From the NCBI GenBank assembly GCA_947632135.1, contig CANRNZ010000001.1:1-50438 (forward strand): a DNA stretch of 50,438 bases, in the 5' to 3' direction. This DNA is from an uncultured Clostridia bacterium (GTDB lineage Bacteria; Bacillota; Clostridia; Oscillospirales; CAG-272). Made by a program: the position numbers and the translations under genes. This document shows, one piece after another, positions 24,409 to 34,628 of the stretch (position 1 is its first letter; each line of letters starts with the position of its first letter). A model generated the notes under the pieces. The model was given only the letters and a program-made list of their open reading frames with translations. It was not told the DNA's origin and ran no database searches.

Positions 24409-27400
24409 ATGGCTCAAAACGGCAGAACGAACGGCGGCTCATCCCGAGCAAACGCAAGGGACGGAGTGTCGGGAAGAAATACGCAAAGTGGAAATAAATC
24501 ATATAAATCAAATAATTCTAAATCAAATAATTCAAATAATAAATCGGGGTCAAACGGCGCGGCAAAAAGCGGAAGATACCGCGCTGAGGTCAAAAGCGCC
24601 CCCGCCTCCCGTGAGAAAAGCCGCTTTTCTGTCTTTTTTCGCGGCTTCTTTCCGTTCATTCTTTTAATCGCTGCAATACTTATAACGGTGTCTTTTCTTG
24701 TGAAAGATTTCGGCGTCGTGGGAAATTTTCTGCGGGACAATGTGCTGTTCGGGCTTTTTTCGTCGGCGGCATATATGCTCCCTGCGATTTTCGCGGCGTG
24801 CGCGATATTCATGCTCGGTGCAAAGCGCGTCGAGCACTCAAAGAGCAAGACGGTGTGCGTTGCGATTTTATACGTTACGCTGTGCGCGCTTTTCCACATT
24901 CTGTTCTCGGGAAATGAAACGCTGAAAACCATAAACCCCGCGGTACATTACTCAAACGGCATGATTCATAAGGGCGGCGGCGCGGTCGGTGGATTTTTCG
25001 GCGCGCTTCTTTCAGTATGCTTCAGCGGGGTCGGCGCGGGAGTTATTCTTGTTGCCGCGGTGATAATACTTGTTCTTGTGATATTCGGAAGGACCCCTAA
25101 GGAAATATGGGACGCCGCGGCGGAAAGGCAAAGGGCGCGACGTGAGGAAAGGCAAAGATACGCCGAGGGCGAGGGAGACGAGTATATCCCCGAGAGGAGC
25201 GTCGTCGGCGGTTTTTATGAGGAAGACGATGAATACTACGGCTCGGACGATGTGTATACCGCGCCGAAAAGCGATGGGAAGGGAGCCAAAAACAACAAAA
25301 ACATAAAGAGGAAAATGACAGTTTCGGCGGAGCCCGAGATATACGGCGCCGTAAAAGAGGAAGCGGCAGCCGACGGTACGGTACGCGCGGCGTCCAAAAG
25401 AAAGGCTCTTGATTTGACGGCGGCGGACGACGACTTTCCCGACGAAAACTCCGACGGTCTCGACGGCTCGGCGGCGGGATATGACGACGGGGACAATGCG
25501 CCGTTTGACGAGTCGGACTCGCATAATTCGGATAATTCGGATAAATTTGATGATTCGCATAATTCGTATAACGGGGACGGGAGAAGAACAATAGAGGCGG
25601 ATTATGAGATGTACAGCGCGGACAGCGCGGACAGCGCCGAGGACGAGTCCCTTTTTGAGGACCCCGAGGATGAGGAGCTTGTAAAGAGGCTTTCGCGTTA
25701 CTATCTCGAAAACGAGCCGCTCGAAGTAAAGGAAAGGGTGGTCTCGGGTCTTTCGTCTAAAAGTCCCGCCGAAATCCGCGCGGCAAAAAAAGCGGCGGAG
25801 CCCACCGATAACGAAAAAAAAGCTCCCGCGCCCTCATACTTTTTCCCCGATATCTCGCTTCTCACCGAGGACAAGGGAAAGCATGACACAGACTGCACAA
25901 ACGAGCTTCGCACAAAGGAAGCGAAGCTGATAGAAACTCTCGAAAAATTCAATGTACACACCGATTCGGCGGGGCTCCCCTCGAAGGGACCGACGATAAC
26001 GAGATATGAGCTGAGACCCGCGCCCGGCACGAGAGTGCGCGCTATAGTAAATCTTGTCGACGATATAGCGCTGAGCCTTGCGACCTCGGGAATACGTATA
26101 GAAGCGCCGATTCCCGGAAAGTCCGCCGTCGGAATAGAGGTTCCGAACGACGTGAGGGAGACAGTAAGACTGAGAAGCCTTATTGATACCGAGGAGTTCA
26201 GAAGCGCAAAGAGCAGGCTGAATGTCGCGCTCGGCGAGGACGTCGCGGGGGAGCCCGTATACTTCGATATTGCAAAGATGCCCCACCTTCTTATAGCCGG
26301 AGCTACCGGTATGGGTAAATCGGTCTGCATAAACTGTCTGCTCATAAGTCTTTTGTATAAATCAACGCCCGATGAGGTAAGGCTTATTCTTATCGACCCG
26401 AAGAAGGTCGAGTTCAGTATGTACAGCGATTTGCCGCACCTGCTCGTTCCGGTAGTGAGCGACCCCAAAAAGGCGGCGGGCGCTCTGTCGTGGGCTGTCA
26501 GCGAAATGGAAAGACGTTTTGCGCTTATCGACGGCGCGGGAGTGCGAAATATATTCGGGTACAACGATATCGCCTCAAACGACCCGACAATGGAAAGGCT
26601 CTCTCAAATCGTGATAATAATAGACGAGCTTGCCGACCTTATGATGACCGCTCCCGACAGCGTTGAGGACTCGGTCTGCCGTCTTGCGCAGAAGGCAAGA
26701 GCCGCGGGAATGCACCTTGTGATAGGCACTCAGCGCCCCTCTGTCGACGTTATCACGGGTACGATAAAGAGCAATATCCCCTCGCGAATTGCCTTTACGG
26801 TTGCGTCTCAGATAGACTCGAGAACGATAATCGACACCGCGGGAGCCGAGAAGCTGATAGGACGCGGCGACATGCTTTTCAATCCCGTCGGAGCGACAAA
26901 GCCGATAAGAGTACAGGGAGCTTTTGTCGAGGACGGCGAGGTCGAGAGGGTCGTCGAGTTTATAAAAGAGAAGAACAGCGAAAACGAGAACGGATACAGC
27001 GACGACGTTATGACTCAGATAGAGTCCGAGGCGGCAAAGTGCGTTTCGAAAAAGCGCTCCGGCTCGTCTTATTCCGAGGAGAGCGGCCCCGCGCCGAGCT
27101 ATGGCGACGAGGACCCGATGTTCTATCGCGCGCTTGAGCTTGCGGTCGAAACCGGAAAAATATCGACGTCTCTTATACAGAGAAAATGTTCTCTCGGGTT
27201 CGGCAGAGCGGCAAAGCTCATAGACAAAATGGAAAATCTCGGATACGTCAGCGCGCCCGACGGTCAGAAGCCGCGTCAGGTGAGACTCACGAGGGAGCAG
27301 CTTGACGAAATACTCGCGTCGAAAAACCTCGCGCAGAAATCGGAGGGCGTAACGGACGGCGTTGACGGCGTTGACGGCGAGGACGACGAGGGAGACGACG

Positions 27401-27411
27401 CGCCGTTCTGA
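24409..27411 (+). CDS. ftsK: DNA translocase FtsK/SpoIIIE
   Basis: An N-terminal membrane domain, a long acidic low-complexity linker, a motor domain with Walker A (GATGMGKSV) and Walker B (IIIDELADL), and a C-terminal gamma winged helix (ISTSLIQRKCSLGFGRAAKLID). Confidence 0.9.
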   Translation: MAQNGRTNGGSSRANARDGVSGRNTQSGNKSYKSNNSKSNNSNNKSGSNGAAKSGRYRAEVKSAPASREKSRFSVFFRGFFPFILLIAAILITVSFLVKDFGVVGNFLRDNVLFGLFSSAAYMLPAIFAACAIFMLGAKRVEHSKSKTVCVAILYVTLCALFHILFSGNETLKTINPAVHYSNGMIHKGGGAVGGFFGALLSVCFSGVGAGVILVAAVIILVLVIFGRTPKEIWDAAAERQRARREERQRYAEGEGDEYIPERSVVGGFYEEDDEYYGSDDVYTAPKSDGKGAKNNKNIKRKMTVSAEPEIYGAVKEEAAADGTVRAASKRKALDLTAADDDFPDENSDGLDGSAAGYDDGDNAPFDESDSHNSDNSDKFDDSHNSYNGDGRRTIEADYEMYSADSADSAEDESLFEDPEDEELVKRLSRYYLENEPLEVKERVVSGLSSKSPAEIRAAKKAAEPTDNEKKAPAPSYFFPDISLLTEDKGKHDTDCTNELRTKEAKLIETLEKFNVHTDSAGLPSKGPTITRYELRPAPGTRVRAIVNLVDDIALSLATSGIRIEAPIPGKSAVGIEVPNDVRETVRLRSLIDTEEFRSAKSRLNVALGEDVAGEPVYFDIAKMPHLLIAGATGMGKSVCINCLLISLLYKSTPDEVRLILIDPKKVEFSMYSDLPHLLVPVVSDPKKAAGALSWAVSEMERRFALIDGAGVRNIFGYNDIASNDPTMERLSQIVIIIDELADLMMTAPDSVEDSVCRLAQKARAAGMHLVIGTQRPSVDVITGTIKSNIPSRIAFTVASQIDSRTIIDTAGAEKLIGRGDMLFNPVGATKPIRVQGAFVEDGEVERVVEFIKEKNSENENGYSDDVMTQIESEAAKCVSKKRSGSSYSEESGPAPSYGDEDPMFYRALELAVETGKISTSLIQRKCSLGFGRAAKLIDKMENLGYVSAPDGQKPRQVRLTREQLDEILASKNLAQKSEGVTDGVDGVDGEDDEGDDAPF

Positions 27412-27668
27412 ACGTTCCGAATATTTTGAATTTTTAAATCTTTTGGTTTTTAAAATTTAAAGTATTTTACGGATTTTTCAAAATTTCAAAAGATTAAATA
27501 TTTCGAGCGTTATGATTACTTAAGTATTCCGATACCGAGCTTTACAGCGGATAAATTTTCGGCGCCGCTTTGCCTCGGCGTCGGCGAATCCGTTTTGTCT
27601 TCGGGAGAAGATTCGGGATAAAACGAGATTAAATCGGATAAAACGGGATAAAATGGGAGAAAAATTAA

Positions 27669-28331
27669 GTGGGAATTCTTATTGCGATGGAGGGACTTGA
27701 CGGTTCCGGGAAAAACACTCAGAGCGAAAAGCTCGAAAGATATCTTAAAAACAAGAAAATCGACGTGATGAGAGTCAGCTTTCCCGATTACGAAAGCAGG
27801 AGCTCAACTCTTGTGAAGATGTATCTTGACGGTGAGCTCGGAGCCTCTCCAGACGACACAAACGCCTATGCCGCAAGCGCTTTTTTCGCCTGCGACAGAT
27901 ATATAAGCTATGTTACAGGCTGGAAAAAATTCCTCGACAGGGAAGACACCGTGGTGATAGCAAACAGATATACCACCGCAAACGCGTACCATCAGCTCTC
28001 AAAGCTTCCGAGAGAGGAGTGGGACTCCTTCCTCGAATGGCTGTGGGACTTTGAATTTAAAAAGCTCTCGCTGCCGACGCCCGACAGGGTGGTGCTTTTC
28101 TCCGTTTTGCCCGAGGTGTCGCAGCGGAACATAGAAAAGAGATGCGCCGAGGAGCATATTAAAAAAGACATACACGAAGCGGACGCCGCGTATCTTAAAA
28201 AATGCTATGAGGCGGCGTACTTTGCCGCAAAAAAGCTCTCGTGGGAAACTGTTGAGTGTACAAAAGACGGCGCAATGCTCCCCGCCGACGAAATATTTGA
28301 AACTGTTCTCGACATAACGTCGCTCAGGTAA
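27669..28331 (+). CDS. tmk: Thymidylate kinase family protein
   Basis: P-loop IAMEGLDGSGKNTQ and the overall dTMP kinase layout. The start is GTG after GGGAG. Confidence 0.72.
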   Translation: MGILIAMEGLDGSGKNTQSEKLERYLKNKKIDVMRVSFPDYESRSSTLVKMYLDGELGASPDDTNAYAASAFFACDRYISYVTGWKKFLDREDTVVIANRYTTANAYHQLSKLPREEWDSFLEWLWDFEFKKLSLPTPDRVVLFSVLPEVSQRNIEKRCAEEHIKKDIHEADAAYLKKCYEAAYFAAKKLSWETVECTKDGAMLPADEIFETVLDITSLR

Positions 28332-28398
28332 AGGCCGCAAGGCGGAAAAACAGATAAAATATAGAAAACATAGAAAACGCAGAAAAAATAAGCAAAAA

Positions 28399-28462
28399 TC
28401 AAATAAACAAAGAATCAAATAAACAAAGAATCAAATAAACAAAGAATCAAATAAACAAAATC
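28399..28462. repeat. Tandem repeat, 16 nt x4 (TCAAATAAACAAAGAA), ending ~10 nt before the RBS of the next gene
   Basis: Read directly. Unit starts are at 28399, 28415, 28431 and 28447. Confidence 0.95.
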
Positions 28463-28479
28463 AGATAAGGAGAATTTCC

Positions 28480-29028
28480 ATGGTTTACGTTTTTTTGGCT
28501 GACGGATTTGAAGAAGTGGAGGCTCTGACCCCGGTCGACGTGCTGAGAAGAGCCTCGGTTGACGTAAGGACGGTCGGCATCGGCGAAAGGTGCGTCACGG
28601 GCTCTCACGGGATAAAGGTCACCTCGGACATATCCTCCGACGAGGCGCTCTCAATGCTTGAGGCTGAAAAGCCCGAGATGATAGTTCTTCCGGGAGGAAT
28701 GCCGGGAGCCTCAAATCTTGACTCGTCGTCTGTCGTTTCAAAATTCATAGAGGAGTCCGTCAAGTGCGGCGCTTACATCGGCGCCATCTGCGCCGCTCCG
28801 ATGATTCTCGGAAAGCGCGGACTTTTAAAGGGACATCTTGCGACGTGCTACCCGGGATTTGAAAAATATCTCGAGGGGGCAGAGTACTGCAATGCGCCAA
28901 TCGCGGTGAGCGGCAAATTTATAACCTCAAACGGCATGGGAAACGCTCTTAATTTTGCTCTTCAGCTGACGGCGGTTTTGAAAGGAGAAAAACAGCGCGA
29001 TACAATAAGCGACGCTGTCATGGCATGA
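28480..29028 (+). CDS. DJ-1/PfpI (ThiJ) family protein
   Basis: Nucleophile elbow AICAAP, the LPGG motif and a typical length of 182 aa. AAGGAG RBS. Confidence 0.85.
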   Translation: MVYVFLADGFEEVEALTPVDVLRRASVDVRTVGIGERCVTGSHGIKVTSDISSDEALSMLEAEKPEMIVLPGGMPGASNLDSSSVVSKFIEESVKCGAYIGAICAAPMILGKRGLLKGHLATCYPGFEKYLEGAEYCNAPIAVSGKFITSNGMGNALNFALQLTAVLKGEKQRDTISDAVMA

Positions 29029-29612
29029 ACACTCTGAAAAAAGATAAAGACTCGCTCCGTCGGGAGTATCTTGAAAAGAGAGCGGGTATGGATTCTCTTG
29101 TCAAACATCAGAGAGACCTTAAAATATGCTCCGCGGCGACGTCTCTTGCGGGATACAGGTGGGCGGAGTATGTCCTGATGTACGCTCCCGCGAAGGGAGA
29201 AATTGACGTCATGCCTATAGCGTACGACGCGCTTTCCAAGGGCAAAAAGGTGGCGTTTCCGAGATGCAACAAGGAAAACTGCACGATGGATTTCCATATC
29301 GTGCCCTCTCTCGACGAGCTGCAAATCGACTCCTACGGTCTGAGGGAGCCGCCGAGCGCGGCTCCAATCTACGACCCGTGCGGCGCGGGAGATGCGATAT
29401 GCTTTGTTCCGGGGCTCGTTTTCGACAGGGAAGGATACAGGCTCGGATACGGCAAGGGCTTTTACGACAGATATCTTTCGAATTTTAAGGGCAATATAGT
29501 CGGAATAGCTTACAGCGACTTTATAATCCCCTCGGTGCCGAGAGGGAAATTCGACATCAGCATCAACATATTACTTTCCGAAAAGGGTGTGACAGTAACA
29601 GGTGATAATTAA
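29025..29612 (+). CDS. 5-formyltetrahydrofolate cyclo-ligase
   Basis: LRREYLEKR..., AFPRC and GLVFDREGYRLGYGKGFYDRYL are characteristic of the family. The ATGA overlaps the upstream stop. Confidence 0.85.
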   Translation: MNTLKKDKDSLRREYLEKRAGMDSLVKHQRDLKICSAATSLAGYRWAEYVLMYAPAKGEIDVMPIAYDALSKGKKVAFPRCNKENCTMDFHIVPSLDELQIDSYGLREPPSAAPIYDPCGAGDAICFVPGLVFDREGYRLGYGKGFYDRYLSNFKGNIVGIAYSDFIIPSVPRGKFDISINILLSEKGVTVTGDN

Positions 29613-30513
29613 AAACGTTCACGGAGCGCCGATACTCCTTCTTGTAATTACTGCTTTTCTGATAGGTCTCAGCTTTATCGACACATCCGTTCTCGCCATT
29701 GACGACAGCGGATATCTCTCCGTGATTATTTTACAGCTCCTTGTTCTGGGGCTTCCCGCAGTTTTTTATGTCAGGTTCAGGGGAAAAAGGTTCATGTCTC
29801 ATATGAGGCTCAGACTTTTCAGACTGTACGACGTTCCGATTTTGATTTACGCCTTTTGTCTTATGGTGCTCGGCAGCGCGCTTATCGGCTTCTTTATTTA
29901 CAGAGCGGCGCCTGAGGCGTATGCGTCCTCCTCGCCTTATGACTTTACGGGCGACGGGGTGAGCTTTGCCGCTGGGCTGTACTCTGCGATAGCGGCGGGG
30001 GTGATACCCGCCGTGACGGAGGAATTTCTGTTCCGAGGCGTGATTATTACGGAATACGAAAGAAACGGAGTACCCCTTGCAATCTTTCTCAGCTCATTTA
30101 CCTTTGCGCTTATGCACCTGAGCCTTGTAAGACTGCCCGTGTACTTTTTCAACGGCCTTATTCTCTCCCTTATTCTTTACGCGACCCAATCTGTAGCGGC
30201 GGCAATGACTCTCCACGCCGCAAGCAACATCTTTGCGATGTTCTCCGAGGTCTATATATACAGAGCCGCCGTAAGACAGGGCGGGGGGATTGTTATGTTC
30301 ATACTTATCTGCGCCGGCGCGTTCTTACTTTTTTCCGTGCTGTTCTGCGGCGCGGCGCAAAGGGAATATACCGAAAAATCCTATGAAAATCTTCCCTCGG
30401 AGCACGCGAAAAAGAAAAAGCGCGGAAGGTTTCCGTATGCTGCCGAAGCGTTTTTGTCACCGTTTTTTGCGGCGCTTGTTATACTGAGCGCGGTCGGTAT
30501 GTTTTTGCTTTAA
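29602..30513 (+). CDS. CPBP-family intramembrane glutamic endopeptidase (CAAX protease-like)
   Basis: EEFLFRGV and FALMHL motifs in a polytopic membrane protein. The GTG start is uncertain. Confidence 0.78.
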   Translation: MIIKNVHGAPILLLVITAFLIGLSFIDTSVLAIDDSGYLSVIILQLLVLGLPAVFYVRFRGKRFMSHMRLRLFRLYDVPILIYAFCLMVLGSALIGFFIYRAAPEAYASSSPYDFTGDGVSFAAGLYSAIAAGVIPAVTEEFLFRGVIITEYERNGVPLAIFLSSFTFALMHLSLVRLPVYFFNGLILSLILYATQSVAAAMTLHAASNIFAMFSEVYIYRAAVRQGGGIVMFILICAGAFLLFSVLFCGAAQREYTEKSYENLPSEHAKKKKRGRFPYAAEAFLSPFFAALVILSAVGMFLL

Positions 30514-30629
30514 ATTTTGAGAATTTGCTTTTATGCGGCCAAAAATATGACCGACAAGTCGGCTTCGCCGCGCTCTTTAAAAATTCTGAAAGGACTCACA
30601 TCTGTTTTATTTTGTGAAATTTTGGTAAA

Positions 30630-32384
30630 ATGGACGAAGAACAAAAGAGAAATCAGCCGTCGGACTACGACGACGGAATAGACGACATAGATATGATAAT
30701 GCGTCGCCGCAGGAATGAAGAGGCAAAAAGACTCTCGTCCCAAAGGCAAAATGAGGGCGACGCGCGGGTATACCGCCCCGCATCCTCCGCCGCTAAGGCT
30801 CAAAGCGGCACGGCGCCGCGCAGCGCTAAAGCTCAGAGCGCCGAGAGCGCCGCGGTAGGCAGCGCGCAGGGCAAGCGTCAAAACGCGGACGCGTCGGTTC
30901 TCCGCCGCGCCCCCTCCACCGCAAGCCGCCCGTCGCCGCAGGGGCAGGGCTCATCGAGTCCCGCTCGAAGCGCCGCGCCGCGCGCCGACGCAAATATGCC
31001 CCCCCAAAACCGTCCGTCACCCTCCGTCTGGCAGATGGGACAAAGGCCGCCCGTAAACCGAGCGCGGCAAAACAACTCCGTCCCGCTTACACCGCATAAT
31101 CCCGCAAACGCGGCGAATGCGGTAAATTCGATAAATTCAATAAATACAATAAATACAAACGAAGAAAAAAATCGCGACAACTCCGCGACGAGAAAAACGG
31201 ACTTAAAGCTTGAAGGCCGCGAAAAAGAGTACGCGTCTGACGGCGAAAAGAAAGAGAAGAAAGAAAAGAAAGAAAAGAAGAAAAAGGCAAAGAAAAAGGA
31301 AACGCCCGCGGAGATAGGCTCGAGCCTTGTGACGGGTATGCTGAAGACCGTAATATATATTGCGATTGTGACAGTTATCGCCTCCGTTCTTTCCATCTTC
31401 ATAATAAATTACGCAAATGATATATACGCGTTTGTCAAATCGGACGAGGTCGTCGACGTGACCATACCCGAGAACGCGACAATAGACGATATTGCCGACG
31501 TTCTGTATGAAAACGGCGTCATAAAGTACAAGTCTGTTTTTAAGATGTACGGAAAGAAAAATTTCGACGGCGTCACCTTCATCGCGGGGGATTACTCCGT
31601 CACTCCGATGATGAATTACAAATCCTTGTACAATGAGTTCCGTGAAAAGCCAGTGTCGGGAACTACAAGAATAACTATCCCCGAGGGATATACCGTTGAC
31701 GAGATAATAGAGCTTATGCTGTCATACGGCATAGGGGGCAGCAAGGAGGAATACGTCGACGCCATAAACAATTACGACTACGACTACTGGTTTGTAAAGG
31801 AGCTTGAAGGTAAAGAAAATCCCGACAGGTTTTACAGACTCGAAGGATACCTTTTCCCCGACACTTATGAATTTTACAACGCGTCGAGCGCCGTGACAGT
31901 AATAGAGAGGTTCCTTGAGCGCTTCGAGCAGGTCTATGTCGACGGATACAGAGAAAGAGCGGAGGAGATGGGTCTTACCACCGACGAGGTCGTGATTCTT
32001 GCCTCGATGATAGAAAAAGAGGCGGGCATGTCGTCCGATTACAGAAACGTCTCGTCCGTGTTTCACAACAGAATGAATAACAGCGCGACTTTCCCGAAGT
32101 TTGAGAGCGACGCGACTGCGGTCTACGCTATCCACCATTTGCAGGGGGAGAGACCGACGGACGTCACCGGTGAGACTATAAGCTTCGATAGCCCGTACAA
32201 CACCTATCTCAACAACGGCTTTCCTCCGGGGGCAATAGCAAATCCGGGTATAAACGCGATAAAATACGCGCTTTACCCCGCCGAGACGAACTACTTTTAC
32301 TTTGTGTCGTCAAAGAACGGAGAGACTCTGTTTGCCTCGACAGCCGCGGAGCACGAGGCAAATAAAGCGCGGATAAGAGGCTGA
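30630..32384 (+). CDS. mltG: Endolytic murein transglycosylase MltG/YceG with a ~235 aa low-complexity N-terminal region; the start is ambiguous
   Basis: YceG core (RITIPEGYTVDEI, LASMIEKEA, YNTYLNNGFPPGAIANPG). An in-frame ATG just before the TM helix (MLKTVIYIAIV, ~31338) is an alternative start. Confidence 0.85.
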   Translation: MDEEQKRNQPSDYDDGIDDIDMIMRRRRNEEAKRLSSQRQNEGDARVYRPASSAAKAQSGTAPRSAKAQSAESAAVGSAQGKRQNADASVLRRAPSTASRPSPQGQGSSSPARSAAPRADANMPPQNRPSPSVWQMGQRPPVNRARQNNSVPLTPHNPANAANAVNSINSINTINTNEEKNRDNSATRKTDLKLEGREKEYASDGEKKEKKEKKEKKKKAKKKETPAEIGSSLVTGMLKTVIYIAIVTVIASVLSIFIINYANDIYAFVKSDEVVDVTIPENATIDDIADVLYENGVIKYKSVFKMYGKKNFDGVTFIAGDYSVTPMMNYKSLYNEFREKPVSGTTRITIPEGYTVDEIIELMLSYGIGGSKEEYVDAINNYDYDYWFVKELEGKENPDRFYRLEGYLFPDTYEFYNASSAVTVIERFLERFEQVYVDGYRERAEEMGLTTDEVVILASMIEKEAGMSSDYRNVSSVFHNRMNNSATFPKFESDATAVYAIHHLQGERPTDVTGETISFDSPYNTYLNNGFPPGAIANPGINAIKYALYPAETNYFYFVSSKNGETLFASTAAEHEANKARIRG

Positions 32385-32442
32385 CCGCAAAGCTGATTAT
32401 AAAGCCGAAAAGAATATAAATAAATAATATAGTTTAAAAAAA

Positions 32443-32503
32443 TTTTCCCTCCCTTTCAAGGTGCGGCTGCGGCGTCAAAACGCAGCCCGAAAGGGAGGGA
32501 AAA
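32443..32503. terminator. Large compound hairpin between convergent genes, likely a bidirectional terminator
   Basis: A perfect 15 bp outer stem TTTTCCCTCCCTTTC/GAAAGGGAGGGAAAA encloses a second GC-rich imperfect stem. Confidence 0.65.
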
Positions 32504-32563
32504 TACTCTATAAAAAACGCAAAAATGTTCTTAAAAAATCCCCGAAAAAACTCCGAGAAATAA

Positions 32564-32609
32564 TACCGAAGGATGCCGCCCGAAAAAGCGCGCCTTCGGT
32601 ATTTTTTTG
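32564..32609. terminator. Second hairpin-terminator adjacent to the FtsW-family stop codon
   Basis: A 10 bp stem ATACCGAAGG/CCTTCGGTAT followed by TTTTTTT on the plus strand. The minus strand also has a T-rich tail. Confidence 0.6.
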
Positions 32610-32613
32610 CGTC

Positions 32614-33753
32614 CTACGCCTCTTCACGCTCAAAGTAATATTTCTTTTTGTGCGAGTAAATACTCAGAACAAGACCCACCGAAAACGCGGAGGCGAGAAG
32701 CGACGAGCCGCCGTAGCTGAAAAAGGGAAGAGTAATCCCGATTACTGGCATGAACGCAAGGCACATTCCGATATTTTCCACCGACTGAACGATAAACATC
32801 GCGGCGACTCCGACACAGATATTCGCTGCGTAATCCTTTCGCGCCTTTCTCGATATGTACAGTATTCTGAGAATGAGCACTGTCATCAGGATTATGTAGA
32901 AAAGACAGCCGAACATTCCGAATTTTTCGGCGAGCACCGCAAAGAGAAAGTCGGACTGCGCCTCGGGTATCAGCTTGTAGGAGTGACCTCCCACGATTCC
33001 CGAGCCGAAAAGTCTCCCCGCCGCGACGGCGTCGCGGCTTTTCAGCGCCTGATATCCGTATTTAATGGGGTCAAGCTCGGGATTGAAGCCGCATATTATT
33101 CTTTTCTGCTGATAATCCGCCATATGCTCCCAAAGAAACGGGAAAGCGAGCACGACAACGGCGGCAAGAGCTATAAAATACCATATGGAAAGACCTGCGG
33201 TAAAGAGCATGAAAAATATTATAAAGCAGTAGACGAGTATTGTTCCGAGGTCCTTTGTAAAGGCGAGCAAGCCGAGTATTATCCCCGCGTGGAGCATAAG
33301 CTGTAAAAGGCTCAGCGGGTGATTTATGTTCCTTTTAAGGCTGTCGATGTGCCGTGAAAACGTGATAATGAAAAGGGGCTTGCAAAACTCGGTGGGCTGT
33401 ATGTTAAATGGCAGAAAGTTTATGTACAGCCAGTTTTTGTTGCCGTGGTCCCCCTCGCCGAAGATAATCAGTATGACGAGCAGACACAGCATAAATACAA
33501 ATATCGCCTTGTCGAGTCGTTTTATAAAATGGTCGTAGTCCATAAAGGACATGACGAGCATTACCGCGATGCCGAGGGCCGCCGTGAATGCCTGCGTTAT
33601 AACGCGCGAGGCTGTAAACTTTACGTATCCGCCGGCGGCGTACCCGCCGAAAATCGTGAGGACACTGAGAATTATCATTCCGAGAACGCAGAAAACGACA
33701 GTTTTGTCAATGGTTTTCAGCCTGTCTCTGAATGAGACGGTAAATTCTCTCAA
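32614..33753 (-). CDS. FtsW/RodA/SpoVE family peptidoglycan glycosyltransferase
   Basis: A polytopic SEDS protein with EFCKPLFII, SDFLFAVLAEKFG and the conserved C-terminal LPFFSYGGSSL. The start is TTG after GGAGG. Confidence 0.88.
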   Translation of the reverse strand: MREFTVSFRDRLKTIDKTVVFCVLGMIILSVLTIFGGYAAGGYVKFTASRVITQAFTAALGIAVMLVMSFMDYDHFIKRLDKAIFVFMLCLLVILIIFGEGDHGNKNWLYINFLPFNIQPTEFCKPLFIITFSRHIDSLKRNINHPLSLLQLMLHAGIILGLLAFTKDLGTILVYCFIIFFMLFTAGLSIWYFIALAAVVVLAFPFLWEHMADYQQKRIICGFNPELDPIKYGYQALKSRDAVAAGRLFGSGIVGGHSYKLIPEAQSDFLFAVLAEKFGMFGCLFYIILMTVLILRILYISRKARKDYAANICVGVAAMFIVQSVENIGMCLAFMPVIGITLPFFSYGGSSLLASAFSVGLVLSIYSHKKKYYFEREEA

Positions 33754-33845
33754 AACGGCGACCTCCTTTCTTAATTTATTGTCTTTTTTTAGTTTTTAAA
33801 AACGAAATTTTTAAAAAATCGACAGCGCGACCTTTCGGCTCTTTT

Positions 33846-34526
33846 TTAAATATATTTACTTGCCTCTTTTATACTTAAAGAGCTCATTTTATCCCCGTGC
33901 TCGCAAATAAATTCTCGCACAAATTCGGAATCTGTTTTTGAATAGTCTCTTAGCGCCCAGCCGATAGCCTTGTTTATAAAGAACTCGCTTGTGCCTAAGC
34001 AGTTTACAATTATTTCTTTAAGAAGCTTTGTATCTGTTTTTTCTTTTAAGCCGAGCTGATGCTCTATCGCGACTCTCCTTATCCAGATGTTTTCGTCCTT
34101 CGACCATTCGAGCATCAAATCCCTGACTCTCACATCACGAAGCCCGATGTCACCGATTATCTTGCAGAGAAAATCTATTGTATCCCACCAGGGCTTTGTC
34201 GTTATATAGCTTTTGATTTTCGGTATATCCTCAAAGGTAAGACGCCGCTTTACGGCAAGAAGGCAGTCGACCGCAAGATACTGAAACTCCCTGTGAGAGT
34301 CAGCATAGCATCTGTTCAAAAAGGAGGCGTCGACTTCTTTATTTTCCTTTACGGATAAAATAAACTCGCGTGTCGCTTCTTTTCTCTCGGGAGCGGGAAT
34401 GCCGTAAAAATCAAACAGATTTCTCATGTACTTTGACATGGCGGCGGCTTTTTCAGCGTTTTGATTAGACTCAAATATCTTTTTTATTTCAAGATATTTT
34501 TCAGCGCTCTTATCCATAAGCTTCAC
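33846..34526 (-). CDS. DNA alkylation repair protein (AlkD-like HEAT-repeat family)
   Basis: The length and the motifs WWDTID, NIWIRRVAI and INKAIGWALRDYSK are typical of the family. Confidence 0.8.
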   Translation of the reverse strand: MKLMDKSAEKYLEIKKIFESNQNAEKAAAMSKYMRNLFDFYGIPAPERKEATREFILSVKENKEVDASFLNRCYADSHREFQYLAVDCLLAVKRRLTFEDIPKIKSYITTKPWWDTIDFLCKIIGDIGLRDVRVRDLMLEWSKDENIWIRRVAIEHQLGLKEKTDTKLLKEIIVNCLGTSEFFINKAIGWALRDYSKTDSEFVREFICEHGDKMSSLSIKEASKYI

Positions 34527-34628
34527 CTTATGATATCTTAATTTTAATATACCGAAAATAAGTATACCACAAAAAGCTTTTTAATTCAACAGCTCCCGGC
34601 AGGTCCGCTCTCCTCGCTTTAAATCGGA

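Noticed and set aside
32461-33306. A 281 aa plus-strand ORF antisense to the FtsW/RodA/SpoVE gene
   Set aside because: Its composition is basic and low-complexity (K/R-rich), it starts inside a terminator hairpin and it has no RBS. The opposite strand encodes a clearly conserved SEDS protein.
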